From positions 1 through 64,000 of the forward strand of contig MQRK01235299.1 of assembly GCA_001938485.1 (NCBI GenBank): a stretch of 64,000 bases of DNA. Reading direction: 5' to 3'. Position numbers and translations under genes: made by a program. The notes under the pieces were generated by a model. The model worked only from the letters and a program-made list of their open reading frames with translations, did no database searches and was not told the origin of the DNA. Shown piece after piece: positions 61,396 to 64,000 of the stretch (the first letter of the stretch is position 1; each line of letters starts with the position of its first letter). Origin of the DNA: Girardia tigrina (Eukaryota).

Positions 61396-64000
61396 TTCAC
61401 CGACAAAATAACGCTAATATTTATTAATTATTAAAATTTTGGCTTTGTATTTTATTTGATGTGTATTATATGTAAGGATGGGGAAGATCAACAAGGACGC
61501 CAATTCGATCGATTTCCAATGGGTAGTGCACAAGGGGATCGTCAGAAAGTTGTGATTTCGACGAGCGGGTCGGCGGTTTGATCTCGGAGGTGATTCGGAA
61601 GATCGGGATGGACGGCAATCGGGGACACGAGGACGCTCTGCTTTGGGGTTCGATCGTGGATGCATCTCGCCGTGTTTTGTCAGAGCAGACAGGGACGCGA
61701 GGTTCGAGTTCCTGAATGCGTATATTCTGTTCTCGGAAAGGATTGGCTACTCAGGTTTGGCTACAATTTTAAGAACAAGCATAGGAACATAGCAACAGCG
61801 TGTTTGAGGACAAGGTGGACACGGAAATAGTCGAGAGGGGGGTCTTGGATGAACCAGAGGTAGACAGCGAGATGTGCCGTGAAGCGGGTTCGCTCTACTG
61901 CAAGATAGCGATGGGCGCGTGCAATGTCAAAGACGGTCTGTTTGATTTGCATTTCCCACGTAACGTGAAAAATTTGCTGATGGTTGTGGCGGAGACGATC
62001 AAAAAAATTGGGTGTTGATCGAGCAGGTGGTGTGTGCTGGGCTCGAGGGACACCCGAGCAGCAAAGGCGACAGGGGAGCTCAGACGGAACCGGTGGCGAG
62101 CGGTGAGTAGCCATGGTGCAAGTGTATGGTATGGTGTTCGGGTAGGCGGGCAGCAACACTAGCGGTTGTATCCTAGTCACTGGCCACTGAAATTCGGGAA
62201 CAGGTTAAACTCGGTGACTCGCAATTCGGTCCAAGGTCAACTATTGAATTTTTTGGCAACTAGTTTTTTTGCATTAACAAATTTTGGAACGATTATATTT
62301 TTGTCAACCTTGTGTTCTTTGCTCTTTTGACTGAAATTTATATTTGATAATTTTTAGTGATTCAAAATAATTAGATGAGTAACCAATTAATTAACCAGCC
62401 TACAATTTGCTGATGACATACACCTAGTTGGTAAAAATAGAGTAGAGATTCAGGAACTTACGAGTAAATGGCAAAGTATCAAAGAAGTTTGGAATGGAAA
62501 TCAACGGAGAAAAAACCAAAATAATGGTTTTTGGAGAACGTAACAACAAGGTTAAACTGGAGCTCGACATAGGAGAAGGTGGAACAAGTTAAGAGTTTCA
62601 AATACTTAGACTCTACCATCACAGAAAATGGGTGAACCAAAGAAGAAATCAGATGCCGCATTAATATTGCTAGAAGCGCAATGATTAAGAATAGAACAAT
62701 TTTTAACCTCAAAGAAATCTCAAGAGCAGAGTAAAGATGACTAAGGCTATTGTCTGGGCAGCAGTTCTCTATGGATGCGAGAGTTAAAGAATAAATCAGA
62801 AGAGCATGGATAGACTTAAAGCGTTTGAAATGAAGTACTATAAGAGAATACTGAAGATCACGTAGAAAGAAAAGAAGATCAACGACTTTGTCTGGAAAAT
62901 AGTGAAAAAATACTAGGTAAAAACCGGAATCAATAGAAGAGACCACCAAGAAAAGGAAGCTGAAATTCTACGGACATCAGATAAGAAAACAAACAATAGA
63001 GAATGTTATCATTGAAGGAAGAGTGGAAGAAGAAAGACTAAGAGGAAGATCAAAGAGAGAATGGACAGACAACTTAAAAGAATGGGGTGGATTGAAGATG
63101 GAAGATCTGAGAATAGAAGTTACAAATAGAGAGAGGTAGCGAAGGCTTGTGGATAATTGGGTTTACCCACGGCCCATTGGCTAAGATAAGAAAGAACCAA
63201 TTAAATTTAAAATAGGCCCACCACAAAATTCACGAGTGCCATATCTCTCCTGCTACCGTTCGGTCTACAGGGCAACCGGGAAATCATAAGAAACAAACGT
63301 GAAAAAGGAGAAAATAAAATTTTTTGGATTAAAATTAATTGTGAAATGTTTATTTATGTGGTCATTATTTTATATTGTTTCCGGTCGAAAAATTTCCTGA
63401 AAATCTTGCTAGGTGAGCTGAGTAGTATCAAATTGGTGGTTGATAGCGCTAGGTACAACCGTTTAAAAACGACTAGAATATTTTTCGCCCCAAAATATCC
63501 GGTGCAAGATTTAGGATCTTCACGACTGATAAAAAAGTGCATTATCTAAAAATAATACGGTTTATAAATTTTGCATTTTCCTTAAATATTTATTTATTTA
63601 TATATAACCCTGTTAGAAGCAAATATAATAGTCATTAAATAAGACGATTGACTGTTATTCTAAATAGGGTCCTCCCAATATAAACAGTTAATTTTAAGTC
63701 ATATTAATCATTTAAATAGTTTATAATTTCTAAAATGAGAAATACTTTATCTTCTCTCAATAATTACAATTTAATTATTTCTAAAAAATTAATATCAAAG
63801 AAAAGTAATAACCTGTTGAAAAAATTCTTCTAACAATCGTTCCAGCCACGGTTCGGAAATGTGAGGCGGTCTCACTTCGTTGGATATGTCACACAGTTTA
63901 ATAATGACAACCATTAGTATCACTCTGTGGGAACTGTCGTTTACGAGATCAAACTTCGGGAGCAAATTTCTGAACTCTGTCACTATTTCGGCGTGTTTTG
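44634..64000 (-). CDS. PDE9A: cGMP-specific 3',5'-cyclic phosphodiesterase 9-like, 3' part (gene begins beyond the window end)
   Basis: Exons >64000-63813, 45119-44973, 44924-44634 splice to KHAEIVTEF...[69 protein letters not shown]...LFPFTE/EILLKPV. This matches the PDE9 catalytic domain (CDISNEVRP, SDxEKxxGLPxAPFMDRxKVTK, QxGFIKFV). Introns 45120-63812 and 44925-44972 are GT-AG. Confidence 0.92.
45152..45193. repeat. (TA)n microsatellite next to the PDE9 intron acceptor
   Basis: Direct. Confidence 0.9.
47450..47990 (-). mobile_element. Ty3/Gypsy pol fragment (RT end + RNase H)
   Basis: LRSFLGLTNYYRKFI...PILAYPEFDKEFILDTDA...VIAYGS...FLLRTDHKAI. Confidence 0.92.
48513..48548. repeat. (ATT)n microsatellite
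   Basis: Direct. Confidence 0.9.
51418..52709 (+). mobile_element. Near full-length mariner (DD34D, Hsmar1/cecropia-like), middle in assembly gap, inactivated
   Basis: TIRs TTCGGTTGGTCGAAAAATAATGGCGGTTTT / AAAACCGCCATTATTTTTCGACCAACCTAA; MEKIKIRAIFLYEFKLGRKAAE; HPPY*PDLSPTDFYFF has an in-frame stop. Confidence 0.9.
55730..55956. mobile_element. Tc1/mariner-type MITE
   Basis: CAAGTCTATTCAGAAAGTTTTGACC / GATCAAGACTTTCTGGACAGACCTG, TA flanks. Confidence 0.75.
56595..57432 (+). mobile_element. Internally deleted hAT element
   Basis: Perfect 8-bp TSD CTGCAAGC; ends TAGGTGTGTACGTAA / CTGCGTACGCGCCTG; TTTSERSCSTLRRIKT...RLNGLAIINIH remnant. Confidence 0.88.
58924..59660. mobile_element. Solo LTR (737 bp), probably Gypsy
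   Basis: TGTTGGG...CCCAACA ends, 4-bp TSD ATAG; three internal ~57-bp tandem repeats at 59176-59345. Confidence 0.75.
60079..60260 (+). pseudogene. Second Ulp1/SENP-like N-terminal catalytic-domain fragment
   Basis: IKLEDCSSLIWLDNQLINATLNY...CAEITFYY resembles SENP IxxxDxxTL...WLNDxxIN...NTFFY. Confidence 0.5.
61359..61393. repeat. (TA)n microsatellite abutting MULE-like copy 2
   Basis: Direct. Confidence 0.9.
61394..62305 (+). mobile_element. Mutator-like element with GC-rich cargo (copy 2, inverted relative to copy 1)
   Basis: GGTTCACCGACAAAATAACG end; colinear homology to the reverse complement of 22300-23112; other end decayed. Confidence 0.65.
62391..63194 (+). mobile_element. 5'-truncated RTE LINE, copy 2 (same family as 40571-41809)
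   Basis: LQFADDIHL, FKYL, DRLKAFEMK; same 3' end CCCACGGCCC..GGCTAAG; TSD AACCAATTAA (62381-62390, 63195-63204). Confidence 0.9.
63813..64000 (-). CDS. PDE9A: PDE9-like catalytic-domain exon (truncated by window edge)
   Basis: [29 protein letters not shown]|GT. Confidence 0.92.

Noticed and set aside
62479-62949. 156-aa minus-strand hydrophobic ORF (also 41046..41342)
   Set aside because: Antisense of the purine-rich RTE coding strand
1-64000. tRNA, rRNA, snRNA or spliced-leader RNA genes (SL checked because NeSL elements carry Ulp1)
   Set aside because: No recognisable cloverleaf, rRNA or SL/Sm-site pattern by eye; an Infernal/tRNAscan run would be needed to exclude them

Overview
AT-rich eukaryotic (most likely invertebrate) genomic DNA containing two convergent spliced host genes buried in decayed transposons. 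(1) On the + strand, a 5'-incomplete gene of at least 17 exons (1717..32369, about 1,265 codons in the window) has a Ser-rich low-complexity middle and a C-terminal ALMS motif, so it is CEP295/Ana1/ALMS1-like. (2) On the - strand, the 3' end of a PDE9-like cGMP phosphodiesterase has exons 63813..>64000, 44973..45119 and 44634..44924, with one 18.7-kb intron. Intron sizes are bimodal: 42-59 nt or kilobases of TE debris. TE remnants include Tc1, DD37E, mariner, pogo/Tigger, hAT, piggyBac, Harbinger-like and MULE-like MITEs, RTE LINEs, Gypsy and a solo LTR, and Penelope; there is also an H2B pseudogene. Most unusual are a Penelope-type terminus (inverted repeat, degenerate hammerhead core) running directly into a decayed ORF with a Ulp1/SENP protease domain; a twice-present Mutator-like element carrying GC3-rich unidentified coding cargo; an RTE-like LINE with several C-terminal C2H2 fingers; and a duplicated R-K-x-S phosphosite tail on PDE9. 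All calls were made by eye; no database searches were run.
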